Assembly (NCBI GenBank): GCA_016186825.1
Contig: JACPKW010000001.1
Coordinates: 13,508 to 77,507, forward strand
DNA length: 64,000 nucleotides
Source of the DNA: Candidatus Giovannonibacteria bacterium
Lineage (GTDB): Bacteria; Patescibacteriota; Minisyncoccia; JACPKW01; UBA11713
Direction of reading: 5' to 3'
Shown: one piece after another, positions 37,391 through 46,744 of the stretch
How positions within the stretch are numbered: position 1 is the first letter of the stretch
Layout of the letters: each line of letters begins with the position of its first letter
Notes under the pieces: generated by a model
What the model was told of the DNA's origin: nothing
Databases searched by the model: none
What the model saw: only the letters and a program-made list of their open reading frames with translations
Program-made: the position numbers and the translations under genes

Positions 37391-37936
37391 TCAAATCTTA
37401 AAGTGTTTCTTCAAATTAGTATCAGGAATAATAGGAGCTTCAATGTAATAAACCGACTCCGCAATATCGAAGAAATTAATGACAAAATTTATCTCATCCC
37501 GGCAAGGATACGGATACACAAAAACACTCTTTTGAAATTCCAGAAAGCCAAGATGCTTCAATTTCCGCCGAAGCGCATCGCGCGTTTTCTTTATTGACTC
37601 GGGAATATCAAAAAGTACAAGCCGCCACTTTCTGTCCCACTTCTTTTTGGGGATAAGTTTCATACTTTTGAATTGGTGTGAGAGAGAAAGAAATCTTCCA
37701 GCGTTGGTAAATTGCACTTTTTCTACTCCATCGCCCCGCTTAATCACTTCTATGGCGCCCCGAAGTTTTAGTCGCCCGAGAATCTGGTACAACTGTTTTC
37801 TATCCATTGAATACCAGACACGGTCGCTTTCTTCAAAAAGCTTTCGTCGTTCTTTTTTACTCTTAACAAAGCCTAAAAGTGTCCCAGCTGCCAGCAATTC
37901 TAAAACCTGTGTCATTAATTTCGCTTCTTGTGCCAT
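37391..37936 (-). CDS. PaaX-like wHTH + Cas2/VapD-like domain protein (paralog 1)
   Basis: WDRKWRLVLFDIPE..RDALRRKLKHLGF..FQKSVF. Confidence 0.85.
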   Translation of the reverse strand: MAQEAKLMTQVLELLAAGTLLGFVKSKKERRKLFEESDRVWYSMDRKQLYQILGRLKLRGAIEVIKRGDGVEKVQFTNAGRFLSLSHQFKSMKLIPKKKWDRKWRLVLFDIPESIKKTRDALRRKLKHLGFLEFQKSVFVYPYPCRDEINFVINFFDIAESVYYIEAPIIPDTNLKKHFKI

Positions 37937-37958
37937 TATTTAAATTATACATCAACTA

Positions 37959-37990
37959 CCTCATAACTGCACGATAGCGTATATTTGAGG
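37959..37990. repeat. 32-bp imperfect palindrome (family B) upstream of PaaX/Cas2-like gene
   Basis: CCTCATAACTGCACGATAGCGTATATTTGAGG, 23/32 identical to rc of 37341-37372 by manual count. Confidence 0.6.
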
Positions 37991-38021
37991 AAATAAAAGT
38001 GATAAATAGGCTCTATAAAGA

Positions 38022-40223
38022 TTACGAAACTAGAGCGCCTGCTTCTTCAAACTTCAAAGACAAAAGTTTTGAAATTCCGTCAGAGCCCATCGTTACGCCG
38101 TAAAGCACTCCCGCACACTTCATAGTAGCGCGGTTGTGCGTGATCACGATAAGTTGAGTTGTTTTTGATAAATCTTCGAGCATCATTGCATAACGCTGCG
38201 AGTTCGCCTCATCAAGCGCCGCGTCAGTTTCGTCCAAAACCAAAAATGGCGGGGGATGAACACTAGAGAGCGCAAACAAAAGCGCAATTGACGCAAGCGC
38301 CCGCTCGCCTCCCGAGAGCATATCTAGTGAGCGAATTTTTTTCCGCGGGAGATCAACGTTAATATCAATTCCCTCTTCCTCCTTCGCTAAAACTTCGGGG
38401 GACAAGCCACCTTCTTCGAATTCAGCGCTTTCCTCTGTTTTTTTCTTGCGCATATCTCGAGAAATTATCCTAAGTGACGCCTTACCGCCACCGAACATCG
38501 TCTGGAAAAATTTTTCAAACTCCTTATTAATTTTATGAATCCCATCTTTAAAACTAGCTTCTATTTTTTCCTCTAGTTCTTTCATAACTTCCCGAAGGCT
38601 TTTGGCTGCAGCGCCCAAATCCGAAAGTTCTTTGGATAAATATTCTTGCCGGTTTGATACTTCCTGGAATTCCTTCAAAACCGCGGGATCAATTCCGCCT
38701 GCTTCTTCGAGTTTAATTTTTACCCGCTCAACTTTTTTTCTAAGCGTCTCCGACTCGCCTTCCGAACTGAACTCGAAAACCGCTCTCGGCAATTGAACCG
38801 AAATATAAGGCTTAGCTTCTTCCAATTCGCGCTTGTAATCGTCCGTCAAAATCTTTATCCGTTCCATCTCAAAATCCAACGCGCGCAGCTCGTCCTTTAA
38901 TTTTACGGCCGCGCTTTCGAGCTGATAAATTTTTCTTTCATCCTGCCGCAACTCTTCGGCCATGAAACGTGATTTTTCAAGAAAATTTTCATACTCCTTC
39001 GAAACTTTTCCTTCATCTTTTCTCATTTCATCAAGCCGCTCTTTTACGCGAGCGAGCTCCTTTTTATGCTTTTCCAGATCATTGGCAACTTTTGGCGAAG
39101 CGCCGGAAAAGCTCGAAAGAAAATCTGCAATCAGTTTTTTAATATCAGCGACTTTATCAAAAATCTTTTCAAGCGAAATCTCTTTGTTAAATTCAGAAAG
39201 CTGCTTTGAAATTTCGGAAAAAATTTGTTCAATTTCTCTTCTTGAAACAAGCTCCTTTGCCTCCGTCTTTAAATTCCGCTCTTCAAATGAAATTATCCCT
39301 TCAAGCTTTCCTAAAGCTGCACTGGCCTCGATTCTTGCTTCGCGAAGCTGTGAAAGCTTTCTTTCAAACGCAGTCAGCTCTGCCGGACGCTCGTAAACTT
39401 TCTTGTCTGCATGCTCTACTTTTTTTCGGGCTTCGGATATTTCATTCTCTATTATTTTAAGTTCTTTTTCCGGATCAAATTTCTTCCCTCGAAGTTCTGC
39501 GGTCTTTTTTTCCAGCGTTAGGAATTTTTTTGAAAGATATTCTTCAAGCAATGTTTTTAATTCCTCGCGTAATTTGGATGCGATTTCATATTTCTTTGCC
39601 TGATCGCTCAAAAATTTCAGATGCGGCTGTATCTCGCGCTGAAGAGACTGCACTTGTTTGATATTTTCTTCAGTTGAGTTGAGTTTGCGCTCGGCTTCTG
39701 CGCGCTTTATCTGATAAATTTTTAGTCCAAGCGCATCTTCAATCATCTCCTTTCGCTCTTTAGGCGATGCATACAAAATACGGTCAGCTTCGCCCTGCCC
39801 GATTATATGGTGCTGGCTCGAACCAAGACCTACGTTAGCCAAAAGCTCAATAATATCCCGAAGACGCGCTTGCGAGCCATTTAACAAATATTCATTGGCG
39901 CCGTCCCGATAAACGCGCCTGCCGATCGCAACTTCTGAAAATTCAATGGGGAATTCTTTTTTTGAATTATCAAAAACCAAAGAAACCGATGCTCTAGAAA
40001 GCCTCGGGGCATTTGCAGAACCATTGAAAATTAAATCTTCGCCGCGCTTGCCGCGGAGCGTCTTTATTGATTGCTCGCCTAAAACCCACCGGACAGAATC
40101 CGCTACATTGGATTTGCCGGACCCGTTGGGGCCAACTACTGCAGAAATTGAGTTCGGAAACTCTAATGAAACAGATTTTGCAAAAGATTTAAAACCGCTT
40201 AATTCTAGTCTTTTCAGGCGCAT
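38022..40223 (-). CDS. smc: Chromosome segregation ATPase Smc (short)
   Basis: GFKSF, GPNGSGKSN, LSGGE, LDETDAALD, ITH. Confidence 0.92.
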   Translation of the reverse strand: MRLKRLELSGFKSFAKSVSLEFPNSISAVVGPNGSGKSNVADSVRWVLGEQSIKTLRGKRGEDLIFNGSANAPRLSRASVSLVFDNSKKEFPIEFSEVAIGRRVYRDGANEYLLNGSQARLRDIIELLANVGLGSSQHHIIGQGEADRILYASPKERKEMIEDALGLKIYQIKRAEAERKLNSTEENIKQVQSLQREIQPHLKFLSDQAKKYEIASKLREELKTLLEEYLSKKFLTLEKKTAELRGKKFDPEKELKIIENEISEARKKVEHADKKVYERPAELTAFERKLSQLREARIEASAALGKLEGIISFEERNLKTEAKELVSRREIEQIFSEISKQLSEFNKEISLEKIFDKVADIKKLIADFLSSFSGASPKVANDLEKHKKELARVKERLDEMRKDEGKVSKEYENFLEKSRFMAEELRQDERKIYQLESAAVKLKDELRALDFEMERIKILTDDYKRELEEAKPYISVQLPRAVFEFSSEGESETLRKKVERVKIKLEEAGGIDPAVLKEFQEVSNRQEYLSKELSDLGAAAKSLREVMKELEEKIEASFKDGIHKINKEFEKFFQTMFGGGKASLRIISRDMRKKKTEESAEFEEGGLSPEVLAKEEEGIDINVDLPRKKIRSLDMLSGGERALASIALLFALSSVHPPPFLVLDETDAALDEANSQRYAMMLEDLSKTTQLIVITHNRATMKCAGVLYGVTMGSDGISKLLSLKFEEAGALVS

Positions 40224-40323
40224 AGATAAGCAATTTTAACATTCCGATGAATAGTTAAAAAGATGGGACGAACGAGCGCAAATTTCTCACTGGGAAATTT
40301 GATATCGTGTTTTTCGTATAATT

Positions 40324-42597
40324 TCAGAGTTGTCGAGATCTAATGGCAATCTTTCTGAAAAAGTAATAGAGGAGATAGGCAGGAATTGCTAAGATTGCGC
40401 AAAGAATCCAAATTATGTTTGAGCCGCCGCCGAGTTGATGCCGAATTTTTTTCTTTTCAGAAATTTCATAAGCGAGCAAAGCAGAGCCTAAAATTGCAGT
40501 GAAAATAATCAGAAAAGGCTTGAAATAATCGCCGATTCCAGTATAGGGCACTTGGCTTAAAAAGATATGCGATGCGGGAATCAATTGGCCTTGAAGCGTC
40601 ACATTGCTTGAAGGTAGGATCGGGCCGCCTACGCCACCACCGCCACCTCCTCCGCCACCGCCGCCACCGCCACCTCCTCCGCCGCCATTTCCTCCACCGC
40701 CATTTCCTCCACCGCCATTTCCTCCACCGCCACCGCCACCTTTTTTAGCGTTGGTAAATGTGCAAGTAACGGTTTCACCGAAACTCAAATTTATCTCACT
40801 TGTGGAATTTACGTTGCTGCAATTTGAGCTCTGGTTGTAGTCCGAATTTGAATTTTCTGTCACGGAGTAGACGCCCGGATTAAGCCCCGAAAAAGTTTTG
40901 GAATTTGAGAACGCGTCAGTAGTACTGCCGTTATCATCCAACTGGAAAGTTGTGGTAGCTAGACCAAGCGCTTTTGAGAAGAAATTAAATGTAAAAGCAG
41001 TCGCGTCATCAGGATCCGTATTTTTTATAATCACAAGATTCGCTTTTTTCTTTGTATTCGTGAAAGTGCATGTTACCGTTTCGCGCTCTGAAATTTTGAT
41101 CTCTGAAACCTGGCTTCCATCACTGCAAGATGAAATCGTTTCAAATAATGAATTGGGATCTTCACTGACGGCATAAGTTCCTGGAACCAGATTCACGAAA
41201 GTTTTTGAATTGGAAAATTGATTTGAATTGTTTCCATCATCATCGAGCTGGAAAACACCCGGATTTAAATTATCGGAACGGAAAGTAAATACGGTGCTGT
41301 GATCGGGAACGGTGTCTTTAACAATTACCAGGGAACCGAAAGCAGGCGGGGCTGGAGGTTGAGGCGGTTCTTCTTCATCTGCGGGGTTTTCACCTTCCTC
41401 GCCTTCATCTTCTGCGTCATCTTCACCGACTCCATCATCATCTTCTTCTGCAACCCCGTCGTCATCCTCCTCCGCAACTCCATCATCGTCTTCGCCTGCC
41501 GCGCCATCATCATCTTCCCCCGCGGTGCCGTCATCATCTTCACCTGCTGACCCATCGTCATCGCCCCCTCCGTCATTGTCATTATCACCATCGTCATCAC
41601 CATCGTCATCACTATCGTCATCGCTATCTCCGTCATCATCGCTATCACTGTCTCCATCATCATCACCACCATCTCCATCGCCGTCTCCGTCACCACCATC
41701 TGTGCCATAGTAGCGAAGCTTAAATTCAATTTGATCACTGTTATTGGCACCAATTGTTTTCAAAGGAATCTGGAAAGTATATGTTTTGTGTTCCCATTTT
41801 ACCTTGCTTGTATATTCATAATCGCTTTTGCCCCATTCCGCATGATTGTTGTCGATTTTGAAAAATCGGACACCGCTGTCAGTTTTTATTGCAAGCTCCG
41901 CCCAGTCGCCCTCCGGATCAAGCGTGTTGTCTGAAGTCCAGTCCAGAAACAATCTTAACTTCTCGCCGCTTGTTCTAAAGTATGCATATCTCGTCGCGGC
42001 AGGATGGCTCGATGCAGGTATTGCATCGAATTTATAAACCTTGTTTTGGCCAACCTCGTAATTTAAGTATCCTTTTTCAGGCCATTCATAAGGGACGCCC
42101 TTGTAATCTTCCTCGACTCCCGTAATAAAAAGCGTTCTTCCTTTTTCAATCCACGAAAGCTCAATAGTCTTTGACAACGCATCAACAACATCATAATCGG
42201 CATGCGAAAGTTTCTTCGTTGAAATCAATTTTCCGTCAGATGCGTACTTCGCCTCGGAAGGAATTTTTCCGCCTAGCGAAACTTCATCCAGATGCGCGCT
42301 TTGAGAATTTCCATCATGCCTAATGCGGACCCGATTAGTTTCTCCCGGAAGCAGGATAGTTTTTGATGTATAGCGATCGGGGTAAGGTTGCCCCGGAAAA
42401 TTTTCATCTGCAACAAAAATCCATTCGCCGTTATTGTAAGCTTCAATAATAAATGTTCCCGCTTCTGCGCGCGCATCAAAAACTCCCGATGTGAAAACAG
42501 AATGCAGTATGCGGACCACAAAATATAAAATTACGAAAAACAAAACCGCGTTTATCTTCTTAATTGTTATAATTTTTTTATTTATTTCTTTTTCCAT
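40324..42597 (-). CDS. Surface protein with Asp-rich repeats, two prealbumin/SpaA-like domains, poly-Gly linker and VPYTG sorting signal
   Basis: DDDG repeats, duplicated IVK.T.P..F.F..GxYxVxE..C...C..TN units, VPYTG+TM+KKK. Confidence 0.8.
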   Translation of the reverse strand: MEKEINKKIITIKKINAVLFFVILYFVVRILHSVFTSGVFDARAEAGTFIIEAYNNGEWIFVADENFPGQPYPDRYTSKTILLPGETNRVRIRHDGNSQSAHLDEVSLGGKIPSEAKYASDGKLISTKKLSHADYDVVDALSKTIELSWIEKGRTLFITGVEEDYKGVPYEWPEKGYLNYEVGQNKVYKFDAIPASSHPAATRYAYFRTSGEKLRLFLDWTSDNTLDPEGDWAELAIKTDSGVRFFKIDNNHAEWGKSDYEYTSKVKWEHKTYTFQIPLKTIGANNSDQIEFKLRYYGTDGGDGDGDGDGGDDDGDSDSDDDGDSDDDSDDDGDDDGDNDNDGGGDDDGSAGEDDDGTAGEDDDGAAGEDDDGVAEEDDDGVAEEDDDGVGEDDAEDEGEEGENPADEEEPPQPPAPPAFGSLVIVKDTVPDHSTVFTFRSDNLNPGVFQLDDDGNNSNQFSNSKTFVNLVPGTYAVSEDPNSLFETISSCSDGSQVSEIKISERETVTCTFTNTKKKANLVIIKNTDPDDATAFTFNFFSKALGLATTTFQLDDNGSTTDAFSNSKTFSGLNPGVYSVTENSNSDYNQSSNCSNVNSTSEINLSFGETVTCTFTNAKKGGGGGGGNGGGGNGGGGNGGGGGGGGGGGGGGGGGGVGGPILPSSNVTLQGQLIPASHIFLSQVPYTGIGDYFKPFLIIFTAILGSALLAYEISEKKKIRHQLGGGSNIIWILCAILAIPAYLLYYFFRKIAIRSRQL

Positions 42598-42723
42598 ATG
42601 ATTTTGGATCTGTTGATGCAGACCCTTCTTTGCCCCGAAATTTATTTCGGGATAAAGAAGGATCCGGAAGGAGAGCGCATGCACCCGCATGACTCTTCCT
42701 TCCGGAATTACGCGTCACTCGTT

Positions 42724-43938
42724 TCACTCGTTCGTAGAAAAGTGGAATCGTGAAAATTCTGTCACGACTCCACGTTCGCCCTTCGGCTCCCGAGTTTTGC
42801 CGAAAGGTCTGGACTTTAGTTTCCCTCCGCTCGGGTATCGGAGGATCCCTTTTGGCCCGTAAATTTCAAAAAACATATCATCACGAGCCCAAGACAGCGG
42901 GAACTTTAGTTCGCCCACGCCGTCGCAAACTTCGAGCGAAATAGTATTTGCTTCCGGTCCGAAACCTGAAAGCCTTTCGCGCCTGCCGTTCCGCTCAAAA
43001 ATGGAACCATGAGCGGCGTCAAAATTCGCATTTGTAAACCTCACCAGAAATTTCTGGCAAGGAAGCGAACTTAACTGCGCAATACCCTGCTTCTTTTCTT
43101 CCATGATTTTCTTGCCCAGGTTGTGGCTTTGAAAACCTGGTTTTTCATTAAGCAAGGCAGCAGTCCCGATCGGCTTCCACAAGCGTGGGAGAATACTAAA
43201 CATATCTTCCACACGTGTTGGTTCGACGGTAGACACGCCCGGAGGCGGCGGCGGGACATAGGCCTGCGAAACAGGCGGTTTCGCTGGGAAACACAGCCGC
43301 GACCAGTTGTTACAATCAAATGGATGTACCAGCCGGCAGGTTGTTCCTGCGATTGTTACATCCCACGATTCCTTGGATGCCTCAACGGCCAATTCAACAG
43401 GGACACCTAACTCCATACCGCTCCCCACCATCATCGCATCCAATTTATCGCCTCGAATCAGAGCTCCCGGGGCTCCCTCTTCGGTTTGAACTTTTTTTAG
43501 AAATTCTTTTTGGTAACCGAAGAACGGTGTGCCTTGGGCGAACAGGCATTTGATTGCCTCCTCGCGCGTCCCCTTGTAAGGGTCTCCTCGAAGAGACCTC
43601 CAAGGCTTGCCGCGAGCCACGATTTTACATGGATCCGCAACCCGCGCCTGCGCAGTTTTAACTTTTGGGGGCGGCTTCTTGGTTGCCTTGGCGGGCGGCT
43701 TCTTTACTTTCGCCGCCGCAACTTTTGCCGGCACATCACCTCCCGCACCCATCTCAACTTTTTTTTCAAATTCTTTTTTTGCCTTTTCGGCGGCTTTTAC
43801 CGCCGAGTCAGGCGCAGACTGGATCAACGGCACCTGCATGATTTCCTCCGCTCCCCAAGCGCTTTCCAGCAGCCCGAGAACTACTACCACGACTCCTGCC
43901 GCGAGGGAGGGCCAAAAAACCGAACCTGTCTCTTTCAT
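42724..43938 (-). CDS. Secreted hypothetical protein, Pro/Ala/Lys-rich
   Basis: GGAGG SD, signal peptide. Confidence 0.65.
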   Translation of the reverse strand: MKETGSVFWPSLAAGVVVVVLGLLESAWGAEEIMQVPLIQSAPDSAVKAAEKAKKEFEKKVEMGAGGDVPAKVAAAKVKKPPAKATKKPPPKVKTAQARVADPCKIVARGKPWRSLRGDPYKGTREEAIKCLFAQGTPFFGYQKEFLKKVQTEEGAPGALIRGDKLDAMMVGSGMELGVPVELAVEASKESWDVTIAGTTCRLVHPFDCNNWSRLCFPAKPPVSQAYVPPPPPGVSTVEPTRVEDMFSILPRLWKPIGTAALLNEKPGFQSHNLGKKIMEEKKQGIAQLSSLPCQKFLVRFTNANFDAAHGSIFERNGRRERLSGFGPEANTISLEVCDGVGELKFPLSWARDDMFFEIYGPKGILRYPSGGKLKSRPFGKTREPKGERGVVTEFSRFHFSTNE

Positions 43939-44049
43939 AACACCTCCAAATTTCTTAATTGAACGTTGTTTATTGACGCGTTTTTAGTTTAAAAAGAACT
44001 TCCTCCTTCCTTCCTCATCTCATTTCCAAACTGTTCAATTTGTCAAACA

Positions 44050-44074
44050 TTGTCAAACATCTGATGTCTGACAA
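44050..44074. repeat. REP-like palindrome TTGTCAAACATCTGATGTCTGACAA (related to the RAYT repeats)
   Basis: ACAT-N3-ATGT core shared with RAYT repeats; partial copies adjacent. Confidence 0.6.
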
Positions 44075-44093
44075 ATTTAGATGTTGGACAAGC

Positions 44094-44870
44094 TTATGAA
44101 GAAGCACCCGCCGAGAGTAGAGTCGCTCCAAACGGATATCTCTTCACAAATTCCGCTTCAACAATGTAGCGTTCCTCATTTGCGCCGAAAATTTTGCAGG
44201 TTGAAAGGGTCAAAATTTTTCTGCCGTCAGTATGAAAATCAATTTCTGCGTCTTCAGCCCGCCTTATCTGCACATTTAAAACCTTGTAGGCATACTCGTA
44301 GCCGTTCGAACGCATGTAAATTGCATCGCCGTATTTCAATTCTTTTAAATTATTAAATACTATTGAATTTTTATTTCTCGGATTAAGCACGCCCGCAGAA
44401 TGCCCAAAGACAAACATGTTTCCAACTTCGCCCGGCATTACAGAGCCCGGGTAATGAACTGGGCCTTTGAGCAAACTCGCCGTTAAGTAATCCCAATCGT
44501 TTTTGATCGGAAAAACTATTTGGCTCTGCACGCCAGCCTTAGGAATTACAAGTTGAACTCCGCCCTCAAAACTTATTCGAGCATTTTCATCTTCTGGAAC
44601 TGTTTCAGATTCAGAAACTGCAGGCGATGCCTCCTCGTTATCACCTTGCGTAAATGACCCGAAAACCCACGCAACCGAATTTAAGAAAACTTCCGAAATT
44701 CCGTCTTTAAGATTGCCGCCAAAAATAGGCGTGAAAAAAATTAATGCAAAAATGCCGAGCAAAATTACAAGCCACAAACCCAAAAAACCCAAACTAAATA
44801 TCCCTTCGCTTTTTGCGCGTAAATCAGCTCGGCATCCATGTTTTTCTAAAATTTCACCTCTTTGATACAT
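44094..44870 (-). CDS. Sortase
   Basis: GN..VFGHS, LTLSTC, ERYIV (His-Cys-Arg triad). Confidence 0.9.
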   Translation of the reverse strand: MYQRGEILEKHGCRADLRAKSEGIFSLGFLGLWLVILLGIFALIFFTPIFGGNLKDGISEVFLNSVAWVFGSFTQGDNEEASPAVSESETVPEDENARISFEGGVQLVIPKAGVQSQIVFPIKNDWDYLTASLLKGPVHYPGSVMPGEVGNMFVFGHSAGVLNPRNKNSIVFNNLKELKYGDAIYMRSNGYEYAYKVLNVQIRRAEDAEIDFHTDGRKILTLSTCKIFGANEERYIVEAEFVKRYPFGATLLSAGASS

Positions 44871-44995
44871 AAATTCTAGGACCTAATTTATTCAATATTC
44901 ACTACATGATTTTAGGAATGTCGTCAAGGTTGACAGGTATTGACATTTATTTAGATAAATCCTAAAATACGCGAGTTAAAAATTCAATTACAACT

Positions 44996-45991
44996 ATGGA
45001 CCAAAACATAAATGCCAGGACAAATCAGTTTTATACGCGGCTTTTAATAATTCTCGCGATAGTTCTGATTTTAGTTATCACCGCAACCGCGCTCCTTTTT
45101 AAAGGCAGCGACAGATTGCGCCAACTCGGATCGTCTTTCGTTTCCCTGTTCTCGAGAAAAGTTACTGAAAAACAAGAACTGATTCTGAAAGCTGAACCAA
45201 TGCAGGTTAAGTCGGGAGAAAATTTCAGGCTTTCTTACGAACATCGCGGTAAAAAAGAAGACGGCTCTTACACTCTAAGCTTTCAATGCGCCGAAGATCT
45301 TAAATTAATGCTCGACACTGGTGAGCCAGTTTTTTGTTCGCGGCCGCTCGATCTAACTGTTGCGGAGTTGACGCTGAAAGCGTCAAGCACAAAAACAGGA
45401 TTTTCCGAATTGCCGATCAGACTTGAATTTCAAAGCGCTGCAACCTCGACCTCCGACCAGGTGATCGTCAGAATTGAAAGAGAGAGCAACAAGACAACCG
45501 GAGGAACAAATGCTCAAACTGGAACTTCAACTCCTCCGAAACAGACAACCACAAATCCACCGAAAGTGGTAGTCGGTCAGCCGAAGACAATTTATAACAA
45601 CGAACCTATCCGCGATCCGAGTCACGTTGATCTTGATTTAAAAATTATTGATCGCGGAGTTGTAAACCCCACGACTGGCGTATTTACATCAAAATCCACA
45701 GTAGCTTCGGGCGAACGAGCCGCAGTCGTTTTTGATGTTCAAAATAATGGCGGCGTGCCTTCTGGACCTTGGTTTCTTTATGCCCGCCTTCCGATATCCG
45801 ATAAGAATTTCACATCCTCCGTTCAGCCCTCGCTCAAGCCTGGCGACAAAATCAGATTCACGATGGGCTTCGGCGATCTTTTGAATTCCGGCCCGAACGA
45901 CGTTTCATTTAGCGCGAATATTCAGATCAGGCTCCTTGAATCTAATTTCATAAATAATACCGCGACAACTTCTGTAAATCGCGGCTTCTAA
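44996..45991 (+). CDS. Membrane-anchored protein with CARDB-like domain
   Basis: DL.L..VQNNGG..SG..ESN..NN. Confidence 0.75.
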   Translation: MDQNINARTNQFYTRLLIILAIVLILVITATALLFKGSDRLRQLGSSFVSLFSRKVTEKQELILKAEPMQVKSGENFRLSYEHRGKKEDGSYTLSFQCAEDLKLMLDTGEPVFCSRPLDLTVAELTLKASSTKTGFSELPIRLEFQSAATSTSDQVIVRIERESNKTTGGTNAQTGTSTPPKQTTTNPPKVVVGQPKTIYNNEPIRDPSHVDLDLKIIDRGVVNPTTGVFTSKSTVASGERAAVVFDVQNNGGVPSGPWFLYARLPISDKNFTSSVQPSLKPGDKIRFTMGFGDLLNSGPNDVSFSANIQIRLLESNFINNTATTSVNRGF

Positions 45992-46042
45992 ATTCTCTTC
46001 TTTCAGCTGCGAAAACTATAAACTCCAGACTATAAACTGGCC

Positions 46043-46735
46043 TCACTCCCAGCCCTGCGCTTTTAGGCCGATTTCCGCCGCCTGCTGTTGCGCTTCCTGT
46101 TTGGACGGCCCCTCGCCTTCCCCGATTAACTTTTCTCCAATATAGACGCCCACCACGAAATGTTTGTTGTGATCGGGCCCCCATTCTTTCAGCACCTCAT
46201 ATGTCGGGGTAACGCCCGATATTTCCTGCGCGCGTTCCTGAAACAAGCTTTTTGCGTCACGGAATAATTTTTTTTCTAAGACTTCCTGCATCTTCGTAAG
46301 CAAGCTTTTTTCTATAAAATCCTTGGATACTTCGTAGCCCTGATCAAGATAAATTGCCCCGATTAAAGCCTCGAAAGCATTCGCAAGAATATACTGCCGC
46401 GCGCGCCCGACGTCTTTCGCCTCGCCGCGCGAAAGCAAAATAAAATCATTCATTCCAAGCTCGCGCGCAACTTCAGAAAGCATATTAGCGTTTACCAAGG
46501 CCGCGCGAAAGCTTGTGAGCTCGCCCTCGGGCTTATCGGGGAAAATTTTATAAAGATGCTCGGTCACAATTAATTCTAAAACAGCGTCCCCCAAAAATTC
46601 GAGTCGCTCATTTTGCCCCACATCCCATGACGGATTCTCGTTCAAATACGAACGATGCGTGAATGCCTCTTTCAAAAGCCTCGCATCTTTAAATTTAAAA
46701 TTAATTTTTTCTTCAAACTCCGACAAATCTTTCAT
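46043..46735 (-). CDS. rnc: Ribonuclease III
   Basis: NERLEFLGDAVL, dsRBD. Confidence 0.97.
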   Translation of the reverse strand: MKDLSEFEEKINFKFKDARLLKEAFTHRSYLNENPSWDVGQNERLEFLGDAVLELIVTEHLYKIFPDKPEGELTSFRAALVNANMLSEVARELGMNDFILLSRGEAKDVGRARQYILANAFEALIGAIYLDQGYEVSKDFIEKSLLTKMQEVLEKKLFRDAKSLFQERAQEISGVTPTYEVLKEWGPDHNKHFVVGVYIGEKLIGEGEGPSKQEAQQQAAEIGLKAQGWE

Positions 46736-46744
46736 GAATTGATT

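Noticed and set aside
40604-41753. Poly-Pro, poly-Ser and Met-rich ORFs
   Set aside because: Alternative frames of the Gly and Asp repeats in the surface protein.
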